A stretch of DNA of 64,000 bases, from IMG/VR virus record IMGVR_UViG_3300045988_062804. One strand, given 5' to 3'. Under the pieces are notes generated by a model. That model worked only from the letters and a program-made list of their open reading frames with translations, did no database searches and was not told the DNA's origin. Position numbers and translations under genes: made by a program. This DNA is from a virus. Of this stretch, positions 43,601 to 52,888 are shown piece by piece (the first letter of the stretch is position 1; each line of letters begins with the position of its first letter).

Positions 43601-44332
43601 ATGAACATATTAGTAATACCAGTACAGTCTGTTAGTGATTTGATTACTAATAGCTCATCCGAGGTATTTATCTTGGAGACTGGAAAGACGTGTGAGGAAG
43701 TCAATACTATCCTCAACACATTTACCTCTGGGTTTAGACATCCAGAGGTTTTTTCGTTAAAGGACTTTCGTGAGTGGAGAAAGAAACTCCGCAGTGGTGA
43801 AATTGAGGATGATTGGAGTTATCCAGGTACTATCTTCAGTATAGCTAATGGATGGTTCAAAGACCCAGAAGATGAAGAAGACCTTCTTAATTTAAGAATG
43901 GACTTCTTATTCGACCCATTTGACACTATAGACTATGGGAATGGGTATATAGCACATGGCTACAGTTCTAGCTATAAAGAACCTATTCATGACGCCTTTA
44001 TTGAGTATCTAAACAAGAATTGGGATAAGGTTGCGTATGACATCAACCGAGTTCTTGCAGAGGAAGAGGACGATGCTGTTAGTAGCATTGATTGGAAGAC
44101 TCTACGTAGACATAATTATTGGCTCAAAGATGCTCTTGAAGATGTAGCTAAGGAGTTCTTGAAGAACTACAATGGACCCGAACCCACTGTATGGAATGTT
44201 AGTAAGGGTGAGGATGTGAGAAGACTGGATGGTAAGGTATTGGTTGTAAGCAATGACGATAACAGTATCCCATATGATACTTGGGATAAGATTAGAGATT
44301 TATTCAATGGTTGGAATGTACACTTAGGATGA
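43601..44332 (+). CDS. ITNSSSE-motif paralogue A (243 aa)
   Basis: N-terminus VIPVQSVSDLITNSSSEVFIL. Confidence 0.6.
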   Translation: MNILVIPVQSVSDLITNSSSEVFILETGKTCEEVNTILNTFTSGFRHPEVFSLKDFREWRKKLRSGEIEDDWSYPGTIFSIANGWFKDPEDEEDLLNLRMDFLFDPFDTIDYGNGYIAHGYSSSYKEPIHDAFIEYLNKNWDKVAYDINRVLAEEEDDAVSSIDWKTLRRHNYWLKDALEDVAKEFLKNYNGPEPTVWNVSKGEDVRRLDGKVLVVSNDDNSIPYDTWDKIRDLFNGWNVHLG

Positions 44333-44832
44333 AATTTAGACTACAATCTTTAAATGACGTAGTAACTAACAGTAGTATGGAAGTCTATCAAGAGGCTACT
44401 CAATACACTGTAAATGCAGTAAGAGATATTATTAATGTAATTTTAAAGATTAGTGGTTCAGACAAGTCCTGTGATGATTTGTTCACCATTAGTATTAACT
44501 ATGAGGATATGCTTGATTCTTACTTTGACGACTGCCTCGATAGGTCTGATATTGATGAAGAATATCTAGGTATGATTGAAGAGGTTAGGAATCGTAAGGA
44601 TGATAATGGATATTTCATTAGTAATTCAGAAGCATATAAAGAATTAGTTAATATGGGTATTGTGGGTGATGTATTACCCACTATTGAGGAATATGTTGGA
44701 AACTTTGACTGTGATTGGAGATATCCATCAACCGAAGTGTCTATAGTTCCTAAAGGTGAAGCGAGTCCAGCTGATGTTGCCATATTGAACAAAATAAATG
44801 ACCTATTTAATGTTGAAGCGTGCTATAACTAA
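44329..44832 (+). CDS. ITNSSSE-motif paralogue B
   Basis: MKFRLQSLNDVVTNSSMEVYQEA; ATGA-coupled start at 44329. Confidence 0.55.
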   Translation: MKFRLQSLNDVVTNSSMEVYQEATQYTVNAVRDIINVILKISGSDKSCDDLFTISINYEDMLDSYFDDCLDRSDIDEEYLGMIEEVRNRKDDNGYFISNSEAYKELVNMGIVGDVLPTIEEYVGNFDCDWRYPSTEVSIVPKGEASPADVAILNKINDLFNVEACYN

Positions 44833-45262
44833 GTGCTACTTAATCCCAATTCAGTCATTTTCTGATATTATAACTAACAGTTCTTCTGAAACTTATATTG
44901 TTGATACTTCCTACACTGCCAAAGCATTAGAAGAGGCATTAGAGGCAGTACACAAGGAACATGAGGATGAAGAATATTATTCAGGAGAGTGCTGTGGGAT
45001 TGAGGTAAGTGACTTTAAGGAGTATTGTAGAGAAGCCTATATGTGGGATGAATATGATGAGAATGGGACTCCATTTGAATCTAAGGAGGACTACGTAGCT
45101 TGGGTTTTCGAAGTACCTTTAAGTGTTGCTAAAGGATGTCTGGTTGTTAGAGTTGATTATGGGTATAGCGATGTAGATAAGTTCTTAACTAAGAATTTTA
45201 AATGTATAGCATCTGACCATGAAAGAGTCAAAGACGCAGACGGGCGTATTGTTGAGGATTAA
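44798..45262 (+). CDS. ITNSSSE-motif paralogue C
   Basis: LIPIQSFSDIITNSSSETYIV; start uncertain. Confidence 0.55.
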   Translation: MTYLMLKRAITKCYLIPIQSFSDIITNSSSETYIVDTSYTAKALEEALEAVHKEHEDEEYYSGECCGIEVSDFKEYCREAYMWDEYDENGTPFESKEDYVAWVFEVPLSVAKGCLVVRVDYGYSDVDKFLTKNFKCIASDHERVKDADGRIVED

Positions 45263-45530
45263 TATTCAGTCATTCTCTGATGTAATTACTAATAGCTCTT
45301 CGGAGATATTCTGTACTATTACTGGAGACGATTTGAAAGCTATCTATGACCTACTAAAGCCAATACTTCCTGGTAGAGATTCGGACTTAGAGCCTACCCT
45401 ACATATGGAAGATAACATCATTACATTGTGGTTGCCTTATGGAGAATACGCAGTGGAGTTCTATAAAGAGGGATTAGAAGCAATTCTTGACAAGTACTTT
45501 AAAGATAACTATAAAATAGAGTATGAATGA
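45219..45530 (+). CDS. ITNSSSE-motif paralogue D
   Basis: RINIQSFSDVITNSSSEIFCT; start uncertain (possible TTG near 45249). Confidence 0.55.
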   Translation: MKESKTQTGVLLRINIQSFSDVITNSSSEIFCTITGDDLKAIYDLLKPILPGRDSDLEPTLHMEDNIITLWLPYGEYAVEFYKEGLEAILDKYFKDNYKIEYE

Positions 45531-46450
45531 AAGATTGGACAAACTGGGGTACTAAAATAAGAGAGTTCCCTGCATACAATTATAAGGCTATATGGGCTAA
45601 CCTGAAGACTATTCGAGTAGGTACTGGAGTAGCTAAGGAATTACCTCCCGATATGGCTGAATTTTATGATGTGGGTATTAATACTGTATGTAATGCTGAA
45701 TGTGACTTCTGTTATGTGTCAGCAGGACATGGTGGTATTAACTATCCTGACATCTGTGAGACATGGAAGAAATGGATGTACGTATATCAATCTGAATTAA
45801 AGGATGGAATACTATACACAAGTAAGCCATTCCAGATTGCTATTGGTTCTACTGGAGAGCCAACTATGCATCCAGACTTCTGTGAGTTCCTCGAAACAGT
45901 ATATAATACTGGAGTAGTTCCTAATTACACCACTAATGGTCTTATTATAGCGAGAGACAATGTAAAGGGAGGAGAGATTCTTGCCTATACTAAAGAATAT
46001 GTTGGTGGAGTTGCAGTTAGTCTAGGTAATCCTAGTATAAGACTCCAAGCACATAGAGCTGTTAATAAGTTACTAACGTGGGGTAATACTAATGTAAATA
46101 TTCATCACATTATATCTGATAAGGTTTCTGTAGACGAGTTCTATGATACTGTAGTTAGGTATGGTGATAGTATTTACTATCATGTATTGTTACCTTTAAT
46201 GCCTTCTGGCAGAAGCAATAAGGGTATTGAACCTGGTGTGTTTGAATACTTAGAGGAAATAATTCAGAAACACGATATAAAGAATGCTGCATTTGGAGCA
46301 CACTTTGTAGAGTATCTGAAGACTTCTAAGATAAAAACACATCTCTATCCACCTGAATCGTTAAGTAAGAATGTTATTCTTACTAAGGATAAGGTACAAA
46401 TAACTCCGAGTTCTTTTAATCTAACACCTATAAAAGTTATTCACGTATGA
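45527..46450 (+). CDS. radical SAM protein
   Basis: CNAECDFCY (CxxxCxxC) and IGSTGEPTMHPDF; ATGA-coupled to paralogue D. Confidence 0.7.
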   Translation: MKDWTNWGTKIREFPAYNYKAIWANLKTIRVGTGVAKELPPDMAEFYDVGINTVCNAECDFCYVSAGHGGINYPDICETWKKWMYVYQSELKDGILYTSKPFQIAIGSTGEPTMHPDFCEFLETVYNTGVVPNYTTNGLIIARDNVKGGEILAYTKEYVGGVAVSLGNPSIRLQAHRAVNKLLTWGNTNVNIHHIISDKVSVDEFYDTVVRYGDSIYYHVLLPLMPSGRSNKGIEPGVFEYLEEIIQKHDIKNAAFGAHFVEYLKTSKIKTHLYPPESLSKNVILTKDKVQITPSSFNLTPIKVIHV

Positions 46451-46872
46451 CAACAACTGATGTGAGTTTGTTAGCATATGTGAAGAGTCTATTCCCTTTC
46501 AATACAGATAGAATACAATCTATCTCTAGGGAAGATGGTAAACTATTTGTAGCCACTGACGATGATAAGCGTTATATACTAAAGCTAGTTGAACTACCTC
46601 CTATTGTAGCTAGTGTTAATATGGGTGAGCACCAAACCTTATTCTATATTAACCCAGAAACTAAGGAACCAGTGTATAGGAATAAGACTACATATGAAAC
46701 CGAGAAGGAAGCTATTCATGCTGCTATGGTTATCAATGTGCAGGATAAGACTATACATAAAAGGCAGGCTTATAAGTGTAGCGTATGTCATAAGTGGCAC
46801 GTAGGTAGAGGAAAGACTACACTCACAGATGAGGATAAAAGAAAACTTAAAATTAAGCATAACATTCGATGA
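46447..46872 (+). CDS. hypothetical protein (141 aa)
   Basis: ATGA-coupled to the radical SAM gene; CSVCHKWH near the C-terminus. Confidence 0.55.
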   Translation: MTTTDVSLLAYVKSLFPFNTDRIQSISREDGKLFVATDDDKRYILKLVELPPIVASVNMGEHQTLFYINPETKEPVYRNKTTYETEKEAIHAAMVINVQDKTIHKRQAYKCSVCHKWHVGRGKTTLTDEDKRKLKIKHNIR

Positions 46873-47087
46873 CAACTTACCTACTCCCATGTTATGGGGA
46901 TGGTCATTGCTGGATTGAGAAGGTGCGTGCAAGGAACTTCTCTGATGCTCAGCAGAAGTTTATTAATGCTTTTACAGAAGATTATGAGGATATTGACATT
47001 CCATCCGATTGGGAGGATTTAATCACTATTCTAAACACTCAAGCAGATATAGTAATTGGAGACATCTACGACATAGAGGAATTCTAA
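46869..47087 (+). CDS. hypothetical protein (72 aa)
   Basis: ATGA-coupled; acidic. Confidence 0.5.
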   Translation: MTTYLLPCYGDGHCWIEKVRARNFSDAQQKFINAFTEDYEDIDIPSDWEDLITILNTQADIVIGDIYDIEEF

Positions 47088-47108
47088 GTCATTAAAAGGA
47101 GATTAACA

Positions 47109-47621
47109 ATGAACATAGGTTTAAGAATAGGGCTTGATATTGACGATTGCCTAGCGGACTTTTGGGGAGCATATTGTAAGTACTTCGATACAGACAATAA
47201 TCCTAAAATGCTGGAAGACCACATTATAACACGTAATGTACAGCAGATTTTAAGTAAGGACAGAGATTTTTGGTTGAACCTTGAAGTTAAGAACAGACCT
47301 GACTTCATACCTGAATTGTATTGCACCAAGCGAGTAAACAATAAGGCATGGACTAAGGAATGGTTAAGACGTAATGGGTTTCCTGACAGACCAGTCTATC
47401 AAATGATTTATCAGCATGGTAATAAGGCTGATATGATTAAGGGTAGGGTGGATATTTTTATTGATGATTCACTATCTAATGTGTTAAAATGTCAGAAGTC
47501 TGGACTACCAGCGCTGTTGTTTCATACAGAGAGGACAGCAGACTTTCCTATGTTTAAAGTATTCTCACTAAATAAGGATGAGATAATTGACTCATATCTG
47601 TTTATGAAGAAGTATGCATAG
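47109..47621 (+). CDS. 5'(3')-deoxyribonucleotidase (NT5C/HAD family)
   Basis: IGLDIDDCLADFW (DxDxx nucleophile motif) ... FIDDS. Confidence 0.65.
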   Translation: MNIGLRIGLDIDDCLADFWGAYCKYFDTDNNPKMLEDHIITRNVQQILSKDRDFWLNLEVKNRPDFIPELYCTKRVNNKAWTKEWLRRNGFPDRPVYQMIYQHGNKADMIKGRVDIFIDDSLSNVLKCQKSGLPALLFHTERTADFPMFKVFSLNKDEIIDSYLFMKKYA

Positions 47622-48633
47622 AAATGTTAAACTGATTCCACTTCTTGACACTATACAACTCATTGAGATGAGTGACGAAGAATACTTTAGTGAAAAGTGG
47701 GCAGGATATATAAACAACTCAAAGCTTGCATTAATTAATCCAGCCCAGGACGGAAGTCCACAGATTTATAAGGAAGGACTAAGTAAACATCCTAAGTATT
47801 CTGACTCTCTTGTGTTTGGCTCAGCAGTCCATGAATTAGTACTACAGCCAGGAGAATTTAAAGTAGCTGATAACGTTGATAGACCTACCGCTAAGATGGG
47901 AGCTATGGCAGATGAACTATATAAGACATTCCTTAGTAATAAGGGTGTTGTATCAGATGATGATATTATAGCTGCATCTAACAAAATCGACTACTATAAA
48001 GGCAAAATGGATAGTATTAAGATTGAGAATGTTAAAGACAAATGCATCAACTATTGGTGGGATAGAAGAGATTGGGAATCTGAGCATAATAACTCAGAGA
48101 TTGAGCCAATCTATCTAGACCCTAAGTCAAGAGAGAAGTTACAGCTTTGTTTAGCATCTGTTGAGGCTAATAAAGAGGTGCAGGATTTATTACATCCAAA
48201 AGGAGTATTCGAGGAGCCTATCTCCATGAATGAAGCAGCTCTGTTTATGGATGTGAAGGCTGAACATGAGGGTAAGGAGACAATCCTTAAACTTAAAGGT
48301 AAGCTAGATAATTTCACCATTGATACTGAAACTAATGAAGTAGTTCTTAATGACCTTAAGACTACTGGGCATTGGTTGATTGACTTTGGTGATTCATTTA
48401 AGAAATACCATTACAATAGACAGATGGCAATGTATGCGTGGATGCTGCGTTCTTACGTACAGAAGCAATATAATATAAAGCCTTCTAGTCTGATGGCGAA
48501 TATGCTATTAGTATGCACTGTTCCAGATTATAGAGCTGGAGTATTTAGGGTAACTAATGGTGAGATTCGTAAAGGTTTCTTAGAATTTAAAGATTTGCTG
48601 CAGAGAGTGGCATACTGCGAACTATATGATTGA
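47614..48633 (+). CDS. PD-(D/E)XK exonuclease (RecB/RecE-like)
   Basis: GKLDNFTID ... VLNDLKTTG (D ... D-x-K core). Confidence 0.55.
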   Translation: MHRNVKLIPLLDTIQLIEMSDEEYFSEKWAGYINNSKLALINPAQDGSPQIYKEGLSKHPKYSDSLVFGSAVHELVLQPGEFKVADNVDRPTAKMGAMADELYKTFLSNKGVVSDDDIIAASNKIDYYKGKMDSIKIENVKDKCINYWWDRRDWESEHNNSEIEPIYLDPKSREKLQLCLASVEANKEVQDLLHPKGVFEEPISMNEAALFMDVKAEHEGKETILKLKGKLDNFTIDTETNEVVLNDLKTTGHWLIDFGDSFKKYHYNRQMAMYAWMLRSYVQKQYNIKPSSLMANMLLVCTVPDYRAGVFRVTNGEIRKGFLEFKDLLQRVAYCELYD

Positions 48634-48994
48634 ATCTTTTCTTATGGAAGCATGGGAGCCATCTTACCAAGACCTTGAGAATTATTACAGAGAATATTAT
48701 AGTTTAGGTAACTTAAATTGTGATATTGGGAGCAAGTTTGCACTCATATCCCTTATTTGTTTCCTTACTAAGCAAGCAAGGATTAAGAATCCAGACGCAA
48801 CTTGTTATCTCGTAATAATGAAGATTATTGATGGGGAGGAGTCACAACATGACTTAAAATTCATTAGGGGGTTATCTGTTGTCTGTACAGACATGATGAA
48901 GCACTGTAATGAGTTCCTAACCTTTGATATGAAATCATCTAAGGAAATGGTTAAGAAGATTAAGGAAATTCTACACACTTATTTACCTTTCTAA
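48626..48994 (+). CDS. hypothetical protein (122 aa)
   Basis: ORF overlapping the upstream stop. Confidence 0.5.
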   Translation: MIESFLMEAWEPSYQDLENYYREYYSLGNLNCDIGSKFALISLICFLTKQARIKNPDATCYLVIMKIIDGEESQHDLKFIRGLSVVCTDMMKHCNEFLTFDMKSSKEMVKKIKEILHTYLPF

Positions 48995-49245
48995 TGACCG
49001 AAGAAGTAAGAATATCTTGGGGCGATAAGGTTGCTAAGAGGTATGAATCAAATCAAAGGATTGTTGAGATTCTATCCGAGTTAGTGGAGAAGTTTCCCCA
49101 ATGGAGATTCCAACAAATTTTACAGAATGTAGATATTGCGTCCAGGAATGGAGAGGATTTGTTCTACGAAGAGAGTTATGACACTCTAACTACAATGACC
49201 AATAATGCAATAGTTGGGTCAATTTTATCTCATACTGCCAATTAA
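48994..49245 (+). CDS. hypothetical protein (83 aa)
   Basis: TAATG-coupled ORF. Confidence 0.5.
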   Translation: MTEEVRISWGDKVAKRYESNQRIVEILSELVEKFPQWRFQQILQNVDIASRNGEDLFYEESYDTLTTMTNNAIVGSILSHTAN

Positions 49246-49265
49246 CACTTTTTAAAGGTTATCGG

Positions 49266-49296
49266 TTGGACAGTTAAGTAAAATGTAGTATCTTTG
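49266..49296 (+). promoter_or_regulatory. Bacteroidota-type promoter, upstream copy of a tandem pair
   Basis: GTAGTATCTTTGTA with TATCTTTG at 49289-49296; TTGG about 20 nt upstream. Confidence 0.5.
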
Positions 49297-49364
49297 TATC
49301 ACTTTCCTCAAGGGAAATATAGAGATGATAATTCAAATTTTAGATTATTTAATACTAAGACTAC

Positions 49365-49395
49365 TTGGTCAATCCAATTTAAAGTAGTATCTTTG
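49365..49395 (+). promoter_or_regulatory. Bacteroidota-type promoter, downstream copy of a tandem pair
   Basis: GTAGTATCTTTGTA with TATCTTTG at 49388-49395. Confidence 0.5.
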
Positions 49396-49453
49396 TACTA
49401 TAGAAAGTTACAAGATTAGACGTATGAAATAATGTTTAAACAATTTTTGAATT

Positions 49454-49987
49454 ATGCAAGCAATGAATTTTAAGAAAGTAGAAGTAAAAGGTTTCACTAA
49501 ACAAGAAGCTATCGCAGAAGCACCATTCCAAGTAATCCGTGACGCAACTCAGGCATGGAAGACTGCTGGTAAACCAATCGCTGAGAAAGCGTTGAAAGAG
49601 TTCTGTGCAGAGTATCTAGCAAAGCACACTAAGTATGCTGCTGGTATTGGTTGTTCTATCACATTTGAAGCAGGTTCTGCTGATACACGTGAGCGTCCTT
49701 ATACCGTAAAGGATATTAAGAACGAGAAGGGTAAGAGAAAGTATAAAACTGGTTATCAAGGTATCAACCCTGCAACTGGCGAAATTCTATTCACTAACTT
49801 CGAGACAAAGAACAAAGCTAAGGAAGTAGCTAAAGAGTTGTACACTAAGAAAGATTACAAAGGCGACATCTTCTGCAAGTACATCAAGGATGTGGTTGAG
49901 GGTGAAGTTGGTGCATTTGAAGTTAAGTACACCCCATCTAAGAGTGCTAAACAAGGAACTTACATCTGCTTTGGAGTTGAAGCCTAA
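49454..49987 (+). CDS. hypothetical Lys-rich protein (177 aa), probably highly expressed
   Basis: Own tandem promoters and a strong terminator; function unknown. Confidence 0.6.
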   Translation: MQAMNFKKVEVKGFTKQEAIAEAPFQVIRDATQAWKTAGKPIAEKALKEFCAEYLAKHTKYAAGIGCSITFEAGSADTRERPYTVKDIKNEKGKRKYKTGYQGINPATGEILFTNFETKNKAKEVAKELYTKKDYKGDIFCKYIKDVVEGEVGAFEVKYTPSKSAKQGTYICFGVEA

Positions 49988-50012
49988 TAGACTTCTACAA
50001 CTTTAAATATCA

Positions 50013-50054
50013 AAGGGATTATCTTATGCGAATAAGGTAGTCCCTTATTTTTTT
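50013..50054 (+). terminator. rho-independent terminator
   Basis: AAGGGATTATCTTA-tgcgaa-TAAGGTAGTCCCTT followed by ATTTTTTT. Confidence 0.7.
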
Positions 50055-50126
50055 GTAATAGATTGCCAACTATCAAGATGCTGTATTTTAAAGGCGTAAC
50101 TGCTATCTAATTTTAAACATCTAACG

Positions 50127-51725
50127 ATGAAGGAACAAACTATTATTAAACTTACAAATCACCTTAAAACGGTAATTGCAGATAACATCAGCATGAATGC
50201 TTATTCTGAGAAGATAGGTCTACCTACCAGCTACTTCTGTATGAAGAGGAAAGCTGTAGAACAAGCTAAAGAAGCTGGAACAATCCCTGATGAATATTAT
50301 AATGTCATTATGGACTTGTTTAAGCAGATTGATGCTAGACCTAGACTTAGGGCTACTAAGAAAGAATCCACTCCAGATTTATTCGGGAATGAAGCTGTCT
50401 TTAGTGACTCTGAATTAGATTCGGATGATACATCTAAGGTTACTATCGAAAGGGATGAAGAAGGCAAAATAGTTAAGTATCTGTTCACTATCTATGTAAG
50501 GGATAAGCAACCCATATTAGGCTCATTCAATAGGGATGAGATGAATATGGTCTATAGGTTGTATTCTAACTATGGTAGTGGCATTACTCAGAGGGAAGTA
50601 TCCCGATTCTTCCCAGATTATTCTCTCGCTGACTTTAAGAGAATACTTAGAGCATTTAGCATTACTAAGGCATCAGCTCCCTTTGCTCCTCATGTTATTG
50701 AAGAGAATGATAAGGATAAGCTGTTAGAAATGCAGTTTAGAGAGAAGGAGAATGACTTCCTAAGAAGTTATGAAGCTGAGAAGATTAAACATACAGAGTC
50801 TCAGCTTAGAAGATATATGAAAGAGAATCAAGACCTCAAAGAACAGCTCCAGGATATGTCTGGAATGTTGGAAGGTATTGATGTGTCAAATCTGCCTAAA
50901 TTTGTTCCTACTGTAAAAGGTAGAGAAGATAGGGATTTGATTATTTGGTTATCTGATATGCACATTGGTGCATCTGTGTCTGGATATTCTATCTATGCTA
51001 ATGATTACGACCAAGAGGAAGTGGAAGTTAGACTTAGTAAGTTGGTGGAGCAATTAAAGAGAGAATCTTTAATGTTTGGTAACTTTACTAACGTAATTGT
51101 GTGTAATCTAGGAGATTCCTTAGATGGATATGATGGTCAAACTACAAGAGGTGGGCATCAGCTAGCTCAGAACATGAACAATAAGGAACAGTTAAAGTGC
51201 TTTATTGAAGTAATGACTAAGTTTATGACTGCATTGGTAGATGAACTACCTTGTGGTGGCTTATCATACTATTGTGTAGGAGAATCTAACCATGATGGAG
51301 ATTTCGGATATTCTGCTAATATTGCACTTCAATATATCTTACAAAGTATGGATATTGAAGCTACAATCTTTGAGAAGTTCATAGGTGAGTTCACGTTAGG
51401 AACTACTACTTATATTCTGTGTCATGGTAAGGATAACAAGGATATGTTTAAGAACTTACCTCTTACATTAGATGTCAAGACAGAGAACTTTATCAATGAG
51501 TATATTGATAACAAAGGAATTAAAGGCAATGTAGTCTTTGTAAAGGGCGATTTACATCAGTCCGCAACTACTTATGGTAGGAGGTTTACTTATAAATCAG
51601 TAAGCTCCTTATTTGGTAGTTCAGAATGGATTCACAAGAACTTCGGTAATACACCAGCTGCTTGTGATTATTCTATTGTAGATGAGAATGGTAATATACT
51701 AGATGGGCGTATAATTGTGCAGTAA
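50127..51725 (+). CDS. metallophosphoesterase (Mre11/SbcD-like nuclease) with N-terminal extension
   Basis: IWLSDMHIG, NLGDSLDG, GESNHD, CHGKDN (calcineurin-like motifs I-IV). Confidence 0.6.
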   Translation: MKEQTIIKLTNHLKTVIADNISMNAYSEKIGLPTSYFCMKRKAVEQAKEAGTIPDEYYNVIMDLFKQIDARPRLRATKKESTPDLFGNEAVFSDSELDSDDTSKVTIERDEEGKIVKYLFTIYVRDKQPILGSFNRDEMNMVYRLYSNYGSGITQREVSRFFPDYSLADFKRILRAFSITKASAPFAPHVIEENDKDKLLEMQFREKENDFLRSYEAEKIKHTESQLRRYMKENQDLKEQLQDMSGMLEGIDVSNLPKFVPTVKGREDRDLIIWLSDMHIGASVSGYSIYANDYDQEEVEVRLSKLVEQLKRESLMFGNFTNVIVCNLGDSLDGYDGQTTRGGHQLAQNMNNKEQLKCFIEVMTKFMTALVDELPCGGLSYYCVGESNHDGDFGYSANIALQYILQSMDIEATIFEKFIGEFTLGTTTYILCHGKDNKDMFKNLPLTLDVKTENFINEYIDNKGIKGNVVFVKGDLHQSATTYGRRFTYKSVSSLFGSSEWIHKNFGNTPAACDYSIVDENGNILDGRIIVQ

Positions 51726-51736
51726 AATGATATAAA

Positions 51737-52102
51737 ATGGCGTTATTTGATTTAATATTAAACCAGACCCTTGAATTACAAGAAGTAAAAGATTATGTTG
51801 AAATCTTCGAACCAATGTTTGAAGCATTGAACGTCGACTTAGATGATTATGATTGGGAAATGACTGACCTAGAGTCTATGCGGGATTTGGATTGTGTAAG
51901 GGTATTCATTCTTGGCAATCTAATATTTGCAGCTCAAGACGCTGGTATATTCCCATACTTCATGGACGCTGACGACTTTGACTTCACCGATGGAGTTCAT
52001 TTCGACATTGCTAACTATGATGACGATAAAGCAGATGAAATTAGAACTGCCCTAAAGGAGTTTGAAGATAAGACTGGTGTTGAAGTTAGTATTGAAGAGT
52101 AA
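51737..52102 (+). CDS. hypothetical acidic protein (121 aa)
   Basis: Asp/Glu-rich ORF. Confidence 0.55.
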   Translation: MALFDLILNQTLELQEVKDYVEIFEPMFEALNVDLDDYDWEMTDLESMRDLDCVRVFILGNLIFAAQDAGIFPYFMDADDFDFTDGVHFDIANYDDDKADEIRTALKEFEDKTGVEVSIEE

Positions 52103-52881
52103 TGGAAATAACATTAGACGAATTACTGCAAGGAAAGGCAACAAGAATTAAAGAGAGAGCATATTTCCCAACTGAGGCTTATGTAGAGCCATTCTTGGAA
52201 ACTATGTCCAAATTTACTTCTGATTTCAGGGTGCAAGTTAAACTCCCTGACCAAATCACCAGAACTATTACTGGTGAGTATAACACAGATGATGTAACCT
52301 ATAATAGGGTTCTCATTGAGGCAGTATTGCCAGATGAATATGCGTGGGATAACCATGATGAAGTAATTGGCTTCTTATATGGACTAGATGTTCGTAAGCC
52401 AATATGTAAGATGTATAGAGGTGGACTTAATAGGGCTTGTACCAATCTGTGTGTATTTGACCCTTCGTTCATCAATATACAGGAATTAGAGCCTGAGAAG
52501 GCTATAAACTATAAACCAGTTAAGAATCTGATGGAACAAACATCTGATTTGAAACTATGGTTGAAAACTCTCCACGATACAGAGTGGGAGAGAACAGTTC
52601 CAACTATCGAGTCTAATTTAGGTAAGTGGATGCGTAATGCAATTTCACAATCTTGTGACTTAGGCTATGGTAAAGTGAAGTTGGGAACTAAAGAAGTCAT
52701 TGACGCTTATAAATCATTGTTTGTGGACACTAAGTCCAAGTATTATGTTAAGGAAGATGAAGATGTCAATATGTTTAAGGTTTATAATGCATTTACTGAG
52801 CTAATCAGCAATGATGGTGGTAAAGATATCATCAATAAGGCAGAGAAGACCTTATTACTACGTACAATCTTAGACTTTTAA
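52102..52881 (+). CDS. hypothetical protein (259 aa; possibly DUF932-like)
   Basis: TAATG-coupled; weak resemblance (GGLNRACTNLCVF) recalled from memory only. Confidence 0.5.
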   Translation: MEITLDELLQGKATRIKERAYFPTEAYVEPFLETMSKFTSDFRVQVKLPDQITRTITGEYNTDDVTYNRVLIEAVLPDEYAWDNHDEVIGFLYGLDVRKPICKMYRGGLNRACTNLCVFDPSFINIQELEPEKAINYKPVKNLMEQTSDLKLWLKTLHDTEWERTVPTIESNLGKWMRNAISQSCDLGYGKVKLGTKEVIDAYKSLFVDTKSKYYVKEDEDVNMFKVYNAFTELISNDGGKDIINKAEKTLLLRTILDF

Positions 52882-52888
52882 TTAATTA

